A stretch of DNA of 64,000 nucleotides from IMG/VR virus record IMGVR_UViG_3300037067_024509, positions 18,724-82,723 of that record. One strand, given 5' to 3'. The stretch comes from a virus. Lineage: Duplodnaviria > Caudoviricetes. Under the pieces are notes generated by a model. It saw nothing but the letters and a program-made list of their open reading frames with translations. It made no database searches and was not told where the DNA came from. Positions 19,408-29,725 of this stretch are shown one piece after another (the first letter of the stretch is position 1; the number at the start of each line of letters is the position of its first letter). Both the position numbers and the translations under genes were made by a program.

Positions 19408-19934
19408 ATAAATGTGTAATACCTGATTTTGTTGATTATCCTACATTTTTTGATGTAAAGGAATATTCTAAATTATTCAATAATTTATATTCATATATTA
19501 TTGTACCATATAGTTTAGATGATGGATACTCATTATATATTGGATTTAGGAATGGATATGTTTTTGTTAGGTTGTCTGATTTTAAATCAAATGAATATAA
19601 AATATCTGATTCAAAATATAAACCAATTTTAAAGTATGTTAGTAAACTGGTTAATTTAATGAAAACTGCTAGGATAGTTGAATCTTGTTATTATTTTTCG
19701 AATAAATCTAATCCAGTGTTAGTAGATGTTATGATATCAGCTAATAAATTCCTTGGTCCAGGAATGATAAGAGATATATATAAGAAGATTCTTCCGACAC
19801 AAGAAATAGTTGAAATAGCTACTGTATCATCTGATAACCTTTCAAAATATATGGGAAAGTTTATAAAGCCTAGTAGATTTAAATATTTAATTGAAGATAA
19901 AGAATTTAGACCACTATATGGGATAGTAAAATGA
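19404..19934 (+). CDS. Hypothetical protein
   Basis: 176-aa ORF with ATGA overlaps at both ends. Confidence 0.6.
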   Translation: MNKCVIPDFVDYPTFFDVKEYSKLFNNLYSYIIVPYSLDDGYSLYIGFRNGYVFVRLSDFKSNEYKISDSKYKPILKYVSKLVNLMKTARIVESCYYFSNKSNPVLVDVMISANKFLGPGMIRDIYKKILPTQEIVEIATVSSDNLSKYMGKFIKPSRFKYLIEDKEFRPLYGIVK

Positions 19935-22825
19935 AATATTTATTTTTAAATCATAATACATTTACTATCCAATTACCAGATAATAATGGCAGAATGGTTG
20001 TTTTTGCAAAACATCAAAAAATAGTTCTTGATGAATATTTCAAAAGATATGTTCCAAAACATTTATCAATAGTTAGAGTAGCAGATAATTCAAAACAAAA
20101 TCTGCAACAACCGAGAAGAATAGAAGTTAATAAAGTTAGAAATGTAGTATTAAATAATAAAATAATTACTAATAAAGCTAAAGTAATTGTACAAAGCAAG
20201 AATAGACCAGTAGCATTTAGTCAGAATAGAAGAATAGTTGGTAAAGTAGGTCATTCAGGAGTAAGAGCAACGGAATTTTCTGTAGCTAAAATTAAAAATG
20301 ATATAATATCTATATCAAATAATATAGGAGTAGGAATATTAAGTTACAATAGATTGCAATCATTAGCTGGACTGATTACATCAATTAGGAAATATACTGA
20401 TTTAACAAGAACAACAATATTTGTAAGTGATGAAAGTACTGATCCAAAAGTATGGGAATGGTTAAAAGATCAAAAAGACATTATAGCATTTACTAATCCA
20501 AGAATTGGCATAGCTGGTAACACAAATAGATTATTAAGATGTTTAGATAGATTTAAATATAAATTGTTGTTAAATGATGATGTAGAAATATTAGCTAATG
20601 GGTGGGATATATTTTATTTTAATAAAATGGTTGATACTAATATAAAACACTTTTGTTATAGACAAACAGGTGTTTATAATGCTACTAGACCAGTGGCTAA
20701 TAAATCAGGAATTATAACAGTCCAAGATAAACCACATGGTGCTGTATTAGCTATTCATGATGATGCATTTAGAAAAGTTGGATTTATGGATGAATCATTT
20801 GGAATTTATGGATATGAGCATGTTGATTATAGCGATAGAATAATGCGTGCAGGATTTACGCCAAATGGATATCATGATGTATTAAATTCTGATCAATATT
20901 TTAAAATTTACAATGATAAGACATCTGATGAACAAAAATCAGAACATTATCAAAAAGCTAGAACATTATATTCAGATGTAAAAAATGACAAATCAAGAAT
21001 ATATATTGGAACATCTGAAAAATCGGCTTTACCATCTGTATCATATGTTATACCATTTAGAGATATTGGTAGATCAGGCTGTATTGAAACTGTAATTCAA
21101 AATGTTAGAGCACAAAGATTCCCAATTATTCAAATAGTTTTAGTTGAACAAGATGATAATAATATAAATAAAGACAGACATTTATGTATCGATTACGTTT
21201 TTTCTAAAAATAAGAAGCAAGGATTACCATTCTGTAAATCACAAGCTTTTAATGATGGAGTTGAAATAGCTAAGAATAATAATATTATTTTACATGATGC
21301 TGATATGTTAGTACGTGGTGATTATACAACTATTATGAATGATCTTTTGAATAAAAATGAATCTGTTCATATTGGTGCAACTGTTTGTTATATGACAAAA
21401 GAATCAACAGATAAAATAATAACTGAATATAAAATAAATGAAAATAATGTATCTTCAGATAGAATAGTAAATTATTATGAAGGTGGATCACTTGGTATAA
21501 GGAAAGATGTCTACGTTAGAATTGGAGGATTTAGTGAAGAATTTGTGGGCTACGGTTGTTTTTCTAGAGGCAATTTTGTATTAACTAATAATGGAATGGT
21601 TGATATTGCAAATATCAATGTTGGTGATAGTGTGATGACTCACACTGGTAAATATCAAAAAGTTACCAAAAAGTTTAGCAGAAATTACAATGGTACTGTT
21701 TTTAATATTTTTGTACCAGGCAAATTACCAATCAAAGGAGTTACATTAGAACATCCGTTTAAAATTGAAAATAAATGGATTATGGCAAAAGATTTAAAAA
21801 TTGGAATGAATATAACTGAACAAAAAAATATTTTGGATATGGTAATTGAACAGAATTTATTAGATATAATTAGTAATGATAAATCTAAAAATAAAATAGA
21901 TAAAAAAGATTTATATTCAGATGACATGGCATTCATTATTGGATTATTTTTAGCTGAGGGAGTTGTAAAATTAAATAAAGCTGTTTATTTTTATATTCAT
22001 AAAAACGAAAAAGAATTATTAAATAAAATTGTTAAATCAATTATAAACATTTTACCTAATGCTTCAATAAAATATCATTATATAAAAAATAATTGTAGAG
22101 AAATAAGAATTTTCAATTCACAATTAGCAAAAATTGTGAATGCAATATCGCCAAAAGCTAGAGCAAGAACAAAAGTTATAGCTAAATGGTATATTGATAA
22201 ATTATCAATAAGTTCTAAATTATCTATTATTAATGGTTTAATAGATGGTGATGGTAATAAACAAAATGGTTCACAAAATAGATTTGTTTATACAACAGGA
22301 AGTATTAATTTAGCCAATACAGTTTCTACTATTATGAGTTTGTTAGGTATTAAACATTCATTTGGTAAAAGAATTACAGGAGGATTTAAAATAAATGAAT
22401 ATTATGATATTACAATTAATAAATCATCAGAACATTTATTAAATATAGCCACTGGTTGTAAACAAAGTTTCAATAAAAAAGAAGTTTCAAGACATAATCA
22501 TATTTATAAAATAACACCAGTAATTTTTGATGGTACTGTTTATAATATGGAAGTAGAAAATGATAATTCATATATTGTTAATGGTATTGTTGTACATAAT
22601 TGCGAAGACTGTGATTTCTTTTGGAAAATTAAAAATGCAACTAAATTATTTAATGAAAGATCTATTAATCTTATGCATTTGTTCCACAATAGGAATGATA
22701 ATTGGCAATCTTATCATGATAAAAATAAATTAATAGAATCTTCAAGAGTATCACAAGGAATAAATAAATCTATAGCCGATGATGTAAAGGCCAATGAAAA
22801 AAGAAATTTTTCTTGTAAAATATAG
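19931..22825 (+). CDS. Two-domain GT-A (GT2/GT7-like) glycosyltransferase, intein-containing
   Basis: Domain 1 GILSYNR...LLNDD...GFMDESFGIYGYEHVD; domain 2 YVIPFRD...LHDAD...GGFSEEFVGYG/CED. Confidence 0.88.
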   Translation: MKYLFLNHNTFTIQLPDNNGRMVVFAKHQKIVLDEYFKRYVPKHLSIVRVADNSKQNLQQPRRIEVNKVRNVVLNNKIITNKAKVIVQSKNRPVAFSQNRRIVGKVGHSGVRATEFSVAKIKNDIISISNNIGVGILSYNRLQSLAGLITSIRKYTDLTRTTIFVSDESTDPKVWEWLKDQKDIIAFTNPRIGIAGNTNRLLRCLDRFKYKLLLNDDVEILANGWDIFYFNKMVDTNIKHFCYRQTGVYNATRPVANKSGIITVQDKPHGAVLAIHDDAFRKVGFMDESFGIYGYEHVDYSDRIMRAGFTPNGYHDVLNSDQYFKIYNDKTSDEQKSEHYQKARTLYSDVKNDKSRIYIGTSEKSALPSVSYVIPFRDIGRSGCIETVIQNVRAQRFPIIQIVLVEQDDNNINKDRHLCIDYVFSKNKKQGLPFCKSQAFNDGVEIAKNNNIILHDADMLVRGDYTTIMNDLLNKNESVHIGATVCYMTKESTDKIITEYKINENNVSSDRIVNYYEGGSLGIRKDVYVRIGGFSEEFVGYGCFSRGNFVLTNNGMVDIANINVGDSVMTHTGKYQKVTKKFSRNYNGTVFNIFVPGKLPIKGVTLEHPFKIENKWIMAKDLKIGMNITEQKNILDMVIEQNLLDIISNDKSKNKIDKKDLYSDDMAFIIGLFLAEGVVKLNKAVYFYIHKNEKELLNKIVKSIINILPNASIKYHYIKNNCREIRIFNSQLAKIVNAISPKARARTKVIAKWYIDKLSISSKLSIINGLIDGDGNKQNGSQNRFVYTTGSINLANTVSTIMSLLGIKHSFGKRITGGFKINEYYDITINKSSEHLLNIATGCKQSFNKKEVSRHNHIYKITPVIFDGTVYNMEVENDNSYIVNGIVVHNCEDCDFFWKIKNATKLFNERSINLMHLFHNRNDNWQSYHDKNKLIESSRVSQGINKSIADDVKANEKRNFSCKI
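21557..22600 (+). mobile_element. Intein with LAGLIDADG endonuclease (348 aa) in the glycosyltransferase
   Basis: Begins CFSRGN, ends YIVNGIVVHN followed by Cys; contains GLFLAEG and NGLIDGDG. Confidence 0.93.
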
Positions 22826-22830
22826 CAAAT

Positions 22831-23826
22831 ATGAAAATATTAGTTTCAAAGCCAAACGGCGGTGCATTTCATTATATTTCTAAAGGATTTATTAATGCTT
22901 TTAAGTCTATTGGATGTGATGCAAAATTTTGGGAAGGTGATACTAAAACTTGGATTGAAACAAATCCAGATATACTTATTATAAGTTCTGGACATAGGAG
23001 AGTAATACCTGAAAAATATCGTGGTAATACTAAAATAGCTATTCATGTTAATCCTTATGGAACTAAATTAAATCCAATTAATGGTTCTGATATTAATGAA
23101 CCAAAAGAAGCTATTGATTGGACATTATCTCAACGTCCAACAGCAGTATTTGGATATGGATATAAAGATGATGCTAATACTTATTGGTCAAGCTGGTTAA
23201 AATTACATAATATTCCATTTGTTGGTGTACCAACTGCTGCTGATCATGTTTTATATTATCCATCAGATATAAAAACCAGAAAAATCGTGTACTTCGGAGG
23301 AAGATGGCCATACAAAGCCCATAATATTGATAAGTGGTTATTGCCAGTAATTAATTTAATTAATATTGATATTATGGGCTGGGGTGGATGGCAAGGCATT
23401 AAAGGATATATTGGACCATTATCTGAATCTGATAGTGGAAGAAATTTTATTGCATCAGGAGAAATTGGCCCTTGTATTTGTGAACCTCATACTTCACGAT
23501 ATGGTATAGATATTCCAGAAAGATTTTTTAAATTAGCTTTATGTAAAACTTTACCAATTGTTGATTATATTCCAAATTTTGATAGGTATTATAATAATGG
23601 AACTTATTTAATGGCTAGGGATCCATCTGAATATTGTAATTTGATTATTAATTATGCTAATAATAATGATTTTAAAAACAAAAAGAATGAATTAGTTGAA
23701 GAAATATATAAACAGACTAAATTAAATCATACTTATCTTAATAGAATGAGAGATTTATGTGTTGGTATGAATATACCAGAATTAGTTGAAAAATTTGATA
23801 ATAAAATTAAAGAAATAAATTCTTAA
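22831..23826 (+). CDS. GT-B fold glycosyltransferase (CgeB/YkvP-like)
   Basis: YFGGRW, DIMGWGGW, ERFFKLALC, NHTYLNR. Confidence 0.7.
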   Translation: MKILVSKPNGGAFHYISKGFINAFKSIGCDAKFWEGDTKTWIETNPDILIISSGHRRVIPEKYRGNTKIAIHVNPYGTKLNPINGSDINEPKEAIDWTLSQRPTAVFGYGYKDDANTYWSSWLKLHNIPFVGVPTAADHVLYYPSDIKTRKIVYFGGRWPYKAHNIDKWLLPVINLINIDIMGWGGWQGIKGYIGPLSESDSGRNFIASGEIGPCICEPHTSRYGIDIPERFFKLALCKTLPIVDYIPNFDRYYNNGTYLMARDPSEYCNLIINYANNNDFKNKKNELVEEIYKQTKLNHTYLNRMRDLCVGMNIPELVEKFDNKIKEINS

Positions 23827-24137
23827 TGAAATTAGAATTTTATGCTAAAATTCATAATAACTGTCTTAAAAAATCGTTTGCATTAATGTGTGGTCTGTGT
23901 ACATTAAAAATATTTTTACCTGAATTAGATTATAAAATTTTAAAGGAAGAAGTAAAAGGAATTAGTTGGTGTAATGTTAATGAAAACATGATAAAATGTA
24001 AAAATAATTTATATTTAGATGATGAACTTAAGAAAGCACTAAATCCAAAACCTGCATGGGCAAGTTATGAAGAAGAATATCCCTATTTTGAAATTTATTG
24101 TGATAAAATAATATCAAAAGCCTATATTGAATACTAA
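23826..24137 (+). CDS. Hypothetical protein
   Basis: 103-aa ORF translationally coupled to the upstream gene. Confidence 0.55.
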   Translation: MKLEFYAKIHNNCLKKSFALMCGLCTLKIFLPELDYKILKEEVKGISWCNVNENMIKCKNNLYLDDELKKALNPKPAWASYEEEYPYFEIYCDKIISKAYIEY

Positions 24138-24376
24138 CCGCCCATACTTTGAATGACGTTGTTTCTGCATGTGGCATGTGCATTTTTAAGTAATTTAGCT
24201 GCTGTTATATCATCAGGAAAATAACTCAAAATTGGTTTTCCAGCTACTATAAATATACCTGCATATTGTTGTATTTTATTCTTTTTAAGAAGATCTGATA
24301 ATTCTTTTGAGAATTTATCTATAATTTTTTCATCTTCTTTTGATATTTCTTTAGTAGTTGGCTTATTTTCGTTCAT
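24134..24376 (-). CDS. Small hypothetical protein
   Basis: 80-aa ORF; GTATATA-N7-ATG upstream. Confidence 0.6.
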   Translation of the reverse strand: MNENKPTTKEISKEDEKIIDKFSKELSDLLKKNKIQQYAGIFIVAGKPILSYFPDDITAAKLLKNAHATCRNNVIQSMGG

Positions 24377-24391
24377 AGTATTTTATATACT
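24377..24391. promoter_or_regulatory. Near-palindromic putative bidirectional promoter (AGTATTTTATATACT)
   Basis: Fills the entire 15-bp gap between divergent start codons; G-TAT motif at equal spacing on both strands. Confidence 0.55.
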
Positions 24392-25003
24392 GTGGACAGA
24401 TTTGTTCTAAAAGTAGCTTTAGAATATAAAAATGTCATTGGGTCATTTGGTGGAACATTTAAATTTCCGAAATCTAATGATATTTCTGAAACATATCCAT
24501 ATAGAACATTTAATGCTTTTATAAATAAATGCAGATCATTTTCACTGAATAATGATCAAATATTAGAGGTTATACGTATTGTTGTTAGATATATGCATAA
24601 ACATAAATTATCAAGAAGAGGTATAGGAATATTTTCAAGTCCTGATATTGTTGATATTTGTGTTGATGAGTTAAAACATAATGTTATTGTTTCAAATGAT
24701 ATTTTGAAAACATTTATTGAATGCATTAAAATATTAAATTATTATGATGATAAAATTGAATATTTAGTTACTAGGGTCAATGGTGGATTACCTAATTTAG
24801 TTATTCTTAGAAATAAAAGTATTTTTCCAGATCATTTTATATGTTTATCTAAATCTTGTGTTTCTGCATATAATATTATAGATATTTCTGATAGAAATAT
24901 GTTATTGTCTCCAAAAGAATATATTATCTTGAAAATGAAAATTATTAATATGATAGGGTTTGAGAATATAAAAAATGTACTAGGTATTGAATTTAATGCT
25001 TAA
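24392..25003 (+). CDS. Hypothetical protein upstream of primase
   Basis: 203-aa ORF overlapping the primase start. Confidence 0.65.
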   Translation: MDRFVLKVALEYKNVIGSFGGTFKFPKSNDISETYPYRTFNAFINKCRSFSLNNDQILEVIRIVVRYMHKHKLSRRGIGIFSSPDIVDICVDELKHNVIVSNDILKTFIECIKILNYYDDKIEYLVTRVNGGLPNLVILRNKSIFPDHFICLSKSCVSAYNIIDISDRNMLLSPKEYIILKMKIINMIGFENIKNVLGIEFNA

Positions 25004-26033
25004 ATTCAATCGTAATAAATATTTAGCTATTAAGAATCAACATAATGGTTATATTAAGCCGACTAATGATCAAATAGAGTCTTGGATTTCAAAACATTTT
25101 GATTATAAAACTGCAAATGATGATCAATTAAGAATATGTAATCCTGATGGTGACACTGAATATAGATTGTGGATATCAAGATCAAATGCTGCTGTTCATG
25201 ATTTTAGACCTAATCATCAACAATTTGATGGATCGTTTTTAAAATTTGTTTCAAAATATAAAAATGTTACTTTTAGTGAAGCGATTAAAGAAGTATGTGG
25301 TAATTCGCCAATTATTTCAAGATATACAAACTCTAAAGAGAATGATAACATTCAAAACGATGATCCAATAAAACTTCCTAACGGATCTGTTTTTATTAAA
25401 AATTGTAATGGTAAAGCTAGGGATATGTGTATGTCATATCTTACTAAAGTACGTGGATTATCAGAAGAAATTATTTTAAAAGCTAAAGTTAATATTCTTG
25501 GTACTGGTATGGTATTTCCATACATACAATATGACATGTTAGTATTTTGGCAAATGAGATCACTGATATCAAAAGTTTTTCAATTTCCTGATGAATCAAT
25601 TACAAATAAAAAAGCAGGTGATTTTTTATATGGATTTGATGATATAGAACCATGTTCTGAAGTAATAGTTGTTGAATCTATATTTAATAGTTTGAGTGTT
25701 AATCAAAATTGTGCTGCTACTGGTGGTGCGTCATTAAAAGATGGTCAATTAAAATTATTAAAATCTTTAAATCCAAAAACAATAATTTTAGCACCTGATA
25801 GAGATGAAGCTGGTGTAAAATCAATACAAAAAGATTTTTGTGCTCTAAATAAAATGAGATCTGGAGATTTGTTTAAAGAAATATATTATTGTCTTCCTCC
25901 AAAAGAAATAGTTCAATATGGTAAAAAGGACTGGAATGATATGTTATTACTTAAATATAATGTGTATAAATTTATTAATGAAAATAAAAAGTTGGTAACT
26001 AATAGACTATTATTTGATGGAATTAAGATTTAG
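24987..26033 (+). CDS. DNA primase (TOPRIM, DnaG/gp61-like)
   Basis: YLTKVRGLS, FLYG, VIVVES, ATGG, PDRDEAG, KDWND. Confidence 0.88.
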   Translation: MNLMLKFNRNKYLAIKNQHNGYIKPTNDQIESWISKHFDYKTANDDQLRICNPDGDTEYRLWISRSNAAVHDFRPNHQQFDGSFLKFVSKYKNVTFSEAIKEVCGNSPIISRYTNSKENDNIQNDDPIKLPNGSVFIKNCNGKARDMCMSYLTKVRGLSEEIILKAKVNILGTGMVFPYIQYDMLVFWQMRSLISKVFQFPDESITNKKAGDFLYGFDDIEPCSEVIVVESIFNSLSVNQNCAATGGASLKDGQLKLLKSLNPKTIILAPDRDEAGVKSIQKDFCALNKMRSGDLFKEIYYCLPPKEIVQYGKKDWNDMLLLKYNVYKFINENKKLVTNRLLFDGIKI

Positions 26034-26313
26034 ATGGTATTGGTACTTCATATAATGTTTCTATCCTGCTAAGATATATTTCTCTATAACCTTTTTTGTA
26101 TGCTATTGGTGTGTTTTCTCTTAACCATTTAACTTTATTTGGTAAACTATAATTATATAATTTATTCATATTATTTCTAATTATTGCTGATTCATTTTCA
26201 TTGACCATATTATCCAATATACAAATAAGTTTTTGGTTATATTCTCCTATTTTTATTACTATTAAATTTTTCTTTTCTGTTCCAAAAGTATATCTAATCT
26301 GTGCTAATATCAT
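26023..26313 (-). CDS. Hypothetical protein
   Basis: 96-aa ORF. Confidence 0.55.
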   Translation of the reverse strand: MILAQIRYTFGTEKKNLIVIKIGEYNQKLICILDNMVNENESAIIRNNMNKLYNYSLPNKVKWLRENTPIAYKKGYREIYLSRIETLYEVPIPSKS

Positions 26314-26370
26314 ATTGTTATTTTTTATTTATTAGCTATATGTGAGGATAAATATAATTAAAGGGATAAT

Positions 26371-28593
26371 ATGCGTATCAATGATAATATTAATAAGATA
26401 TATAATAAGTTTAATCGTGAGCGTTTACCATCTACATTATTCACTAAATATCCTGGTCATTATAGAGCTTTAGTAGTTGAAACTAATGATCCGTTGAACA
26501 TGCATCGTATCAGATTCATCATGCCAGAACAGCATGAACTGGAAATGAAAGAAAAACCACAGGACTGCCCTTGGGCTGTTCCAGCTTTTAAGCATGGTGG
26601 ACAGGGATGCGGTTCTTGGAGTAGTCCATGTATTGGTGATTATGTTTGGATAACTTTTGAGAAGCAACATCCATATGGTCCGATATGGGTTGGACATGCT
26701 GAACCAACTAGGAGAAGATTTTATAAACTTCATGCGTTGTTTCATAAATCCAACATATATGTAGATGATCAAGGTAAGCCTAAAGATGTTGATACAATAG
26801 ATTGGGAAAATAATTATTTATCAAAAGACAATCGTCCATATTCTCAGGGTATAACTGATAGATATGGTAATATGTTTTTGATTGATATGACTGGATTTTT
26901 TCCTGTTGAACATAAGAAAAAAGCATCAACTGCTGGATCTGATGTTATAAAAAGTACTCCTCAAGAATATCGTGAGTCAAAAGAACAACCTAAAAATAAT
27001 AAACCAGATCTTAAAATGATGGCTATGGTTTCTAAATATGGAAATTATTTTATGATAGGTGATCAAGGATATGATTGGGAATCAGAATTTTCTGGTGATT
27101 TTGATGAAGATCATGATAAAGAGAAAAAAAGAACTTATAATTTGAAAAAATTGCTTAACGAAGATGAGCCAGATAGTGAAAATCGTGATCAAAGAAGAGT
27201 AGAAATAAGAACTGGATATGGACATAAGTTAGAACTAAGAGATGTTGGATGGTCGTCTAATAATGGTTGGTCCGCTGTTAGTGGTAAAACTGAGTCAAAA
27301 AGTCGTGAGAATGATTTATTTGAAGAACAAAACAAACAATCAAAGTATGATAAAACTGATGAAAGATGGATAAAGTTACGCTCTAAAGGTGGGATGTTGA
27401 TGCAATTTATGGATATGGGATTTAATCCTAAAGATGATGAATTTATTAAAAGAGCAAGAGTTGATGAGGTAGGTGGTAAGGTTGACTCAGAAGATGACGA
27501 CTGGCAAAAACGTGATGCTAGACAAATGAGATTTATTTCTAGATGGGGATTAAAATTTGTTCTTGATGATCGTGGCAGCGACGAAAAACAAGCTGACACT
27601 AAAGAATCAACGCATGCTAATGGTATATTATTAAAAGGTAGAAGAAAAGCAAAATGGAATAAATATTTGAATAATGCTGATAATGAGTCAACTAAGTTTA
27701 GAGTGTTGTCACAAACAAGTTCTGGATCACCAGCATACACACCAAAGCATGGTGATAGTGATACTGAATTTGGATTTGGCATAGATATTAATGAAAAAAA
27801 TGATCTAAATAGGATGTTGTTATATACGCCAATGGCTAAAGCTATTGAAATGAATGATAAATTTGGATATGTGTTTATAACTACTGATATGACTAAATCG
27901 ATCAGTAGACCATGGAAGTATAAAAAAGAAAATGAATTTGCGATATCAATTTGTATGGGTAATGATCCTGAATCTAATACGTATTCATTAAAATTAGATA
28001 GATCTAATACATATACAGCATTGACCACTCCGCTTGATCAATGCTGGGAAGCCAGAGATGGGTTTAATCCTTCTGATGAAGGATTTATGGAAGCTCGTGA
28101 TATGGATAATCGTGCTCTTATTATGAGCAAATATTTGAAATTAGCTGCATTACATGATCCTTCAATTTTAAAATATCTTGTACTTGATGATAATACTACA
28201 TTTGTATTACTACATAATTTGCAAAATAAAATTCAGATATATTCAACTGCTGATATTGAATTAAAAGCTGCTGGTAATATAAGGCTGCATTCTGGTGGTA
28301 GTACATCTATTAAATGTGCTGATTTTTGTGTTGATGCTAGTGGTACTCAATTTGTTGTTAATGGTGGCGGTTTTGGTGGTAATAAACCATTATTTGCACC
28401 AGAAAGTCATGCTTATCATGTTGGTACTAAGGCCGGTCCTGGCGCTGGTCCTAGTTCGCCAATTGGCGGATCAGCACCACCAATAACACAGGCTCAAACA
28501 CCTAATCAGATACCAGCATTTAGAAAAAAGAAATCAAATAGTCCATACTCTGATGTGTCAGAAGATATTATTAAAGGTGTAGAGCAATCCTGA
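26371..28593 (+). CDS. Baseplate hub/spike protein (gp5/VgrG-like OB-fold)
   Basis: RALVVETNDP...RIR...PWA...P.IGDYVWITFE...PIWVG; beta-repeat C-terminus. Confidence 0.8.
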   Translation: MRINDNINKIYNKFNRERLPSTLFTKYPGHYRALVVETNDPLNMHRIRFIMPEQHELEMKEKPQDCPWAVPAFKHGGQGCGSWSSPCIGDYVWITFEKQHPYGPIWVGHAEPTRRRFYKLHALFHKSNIYVDDQGKPKDVDTIDWENNYLSKDNRPYSQGITDRYGNMFLIDMTGFFPVEHKKKASTAGSDVIKSTPQEYRESKEQPKNNKPDLKMMAMVSKYGNYFMIGDQGYDWESEFSGDFDEDHDKEKKRTYNLKKLLNEDEPDSENRDQRRVEIRTGYGHKLELRDVGWSSNNGWSAVSGKTESKSRENDLFEEQNKQSKYDKTDERWIKLRSKGGMLMQFMDMGFNPKDDEFIKRARVDEVGGKVDSEDDDWQKRDARQMRFISRWGLKFVLDDRGSDEKQADTKESTHANGILLKGRRKAKWNKYLNNADNESTKFRVLSQTSSGSPAYTPKHGDSDTEFGFGIDINEKNDLNRMLLYTPMAKAIEMNDKFGYVFITTDMTKSISRPWKYKKENEFAISICMGNDPESNTYSLKLDRSNTYTALTTPLDQCWEARDGFNPSDEGFMEARDMDNRALIMSKYLKLAALHDPSILKYLVLDDNTTFVLLHNLQNKIQIYSTADIELKAAGNIRLHSGGSTSIKCADFCVDASGTQFVVNGGGFGGNKPLFAPESHAYHVGTKAGPGAGPSSPIGGSAPPITQAQTPNQIPAFRKKKSNSPYSDVSEDIIKGVEQS

Positions 28594-28607
28594 CAAAGTT
28601 AACTAAG

Positions 28608-29315
28608 ATGATCATAAAATATCCAACAGCATTATATAATACAATATTACCTGGCCAAAATCAGTCAGGAAATGTTACTTATACTATATCAAACAATAAT
28701 CCACCAAAATCAAAAAGTACATTTTTGCAATTACCTAGATCTGAAGAAATAAGAAAGTCACCATCACGTATTTATACAAAATATGAAAATAGGAAATTTG
28801 TTGGTAATTTAGTATTTAATATTACCGTGCCGACATTAGCTACAGAGGGTAGTGGAATAAAGACATTTGAAATTGGTCAATTTTTAGACTTTTCAAATGA
28901 AGATATAGAAAATCCAGATCCATATTCACTTAACTCAATAGAGCTTAGACAAGATACTAATGTAGTAAATTATTCAAAATATGGTTTAAGCAAGGATGAA
29001 TATAATAATTTAGTAAAAATTGCTGAAAAGAAAATGGATGATATTAATAACCAAATTAATATCATCGCTACTAACTTAAACAATAATAAAGAAAATATTT
29101 CCTCAAATCAATCAGATATTAATGAATCAACTAAATTATATAATAATATAATATTAGTACTTGGAGTTGAAAGTACAGAAGCTAAAAAAGTAAAGTTTAA
29201 AATTGACCATTATAATGAATATGCTACTAAATTATTATCTGAAAGAGAAATCTTACTTAGTACTCTCGACACATTGAGAAATGATTTATCGAATGTTAGA
29301 GAGGTTGTAAGATAA
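28608..29315 (+). CDS. Putative baseplate-associated protein with coiled coil
   Basis: Synteny between the gp5-like and gp25-like genes. Confidence 0.55.
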   Translation: MIIKYPTALYNTILPGQNQSGNVTYTISNNNPPKSKSTFLQLPRSEEIRKSPSRIYTKYENRKFVGNLVFNITVPTLATEGSGIKTFEIGQFLDFSNEDIENPDPYSLNSIELRQDTNVVNYSKYGLSKDEYNNLVKIAEKKMDDINNQINIIATNLNNNKENISSNQSDINESTKLYNNIILVLGVESTEAKKVKFKIDHYNEYATKLLSEREILLSTLDTLRNDLSNVREVVR

Positions 29316-29725
29316 TGGCAAAGCTTTGGGGAACTAATTTTCCATTTTATAAAGGTAACACATTACTTGGAGTTACTAGTAAAATATTACCAAGACAAGA
29401 AGACTATAGATTAATAAGAAATGATTATTTACAAGGATTGTTAACAATTAAAGGTGAAAGATGGTATAGATTAGACTTTGGTGGTGATATTCCAAGAATT
29501 CAATTTGATCCAAATGATGTTAATAGTAAAACAGTACTTGAAGAGAATATAAGACAATTCACTATTAAATATCATCCAACGATTAAAATAACTAATATAG
29601 AAATAATAGATAAAGCAAGTAGTCCAAATAATGTTAACGTTAAAATATATGGAAAGTGGGATACTACATCAGCCATGAGTGACCAACTTTTAGCTAGTAT
29701 ACTAGTACCTGTGTCTGGAGCATAA
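29315..29725 (+). CDS. Baseplate wedge protein (gp25-like)
   Basis: LLTIKGERWYRLDFG...F.P...YHPTIKI pattern. Confidence 0.85.
   Translation: MAKLWGTNFPFYKGNTLLGVTSKILPRQEDYRLIRNDYLQGLLTIKGERWYRLDFGGDIPRIQFDPNDVNSKTVLEENIRQFTIKYHPTIKITNIEIIDKASSPNNVNVKIYGKWDTTSAMSDQLLASILVPVSGA

Noticed and set aside
27189-28028. 279-aa antisense ORF, and the many other 60-140 aa overlapping ORFs
   Set aside because: They are shadows of well-supported genes on the other strand or frame, with no motifs or initiation signals
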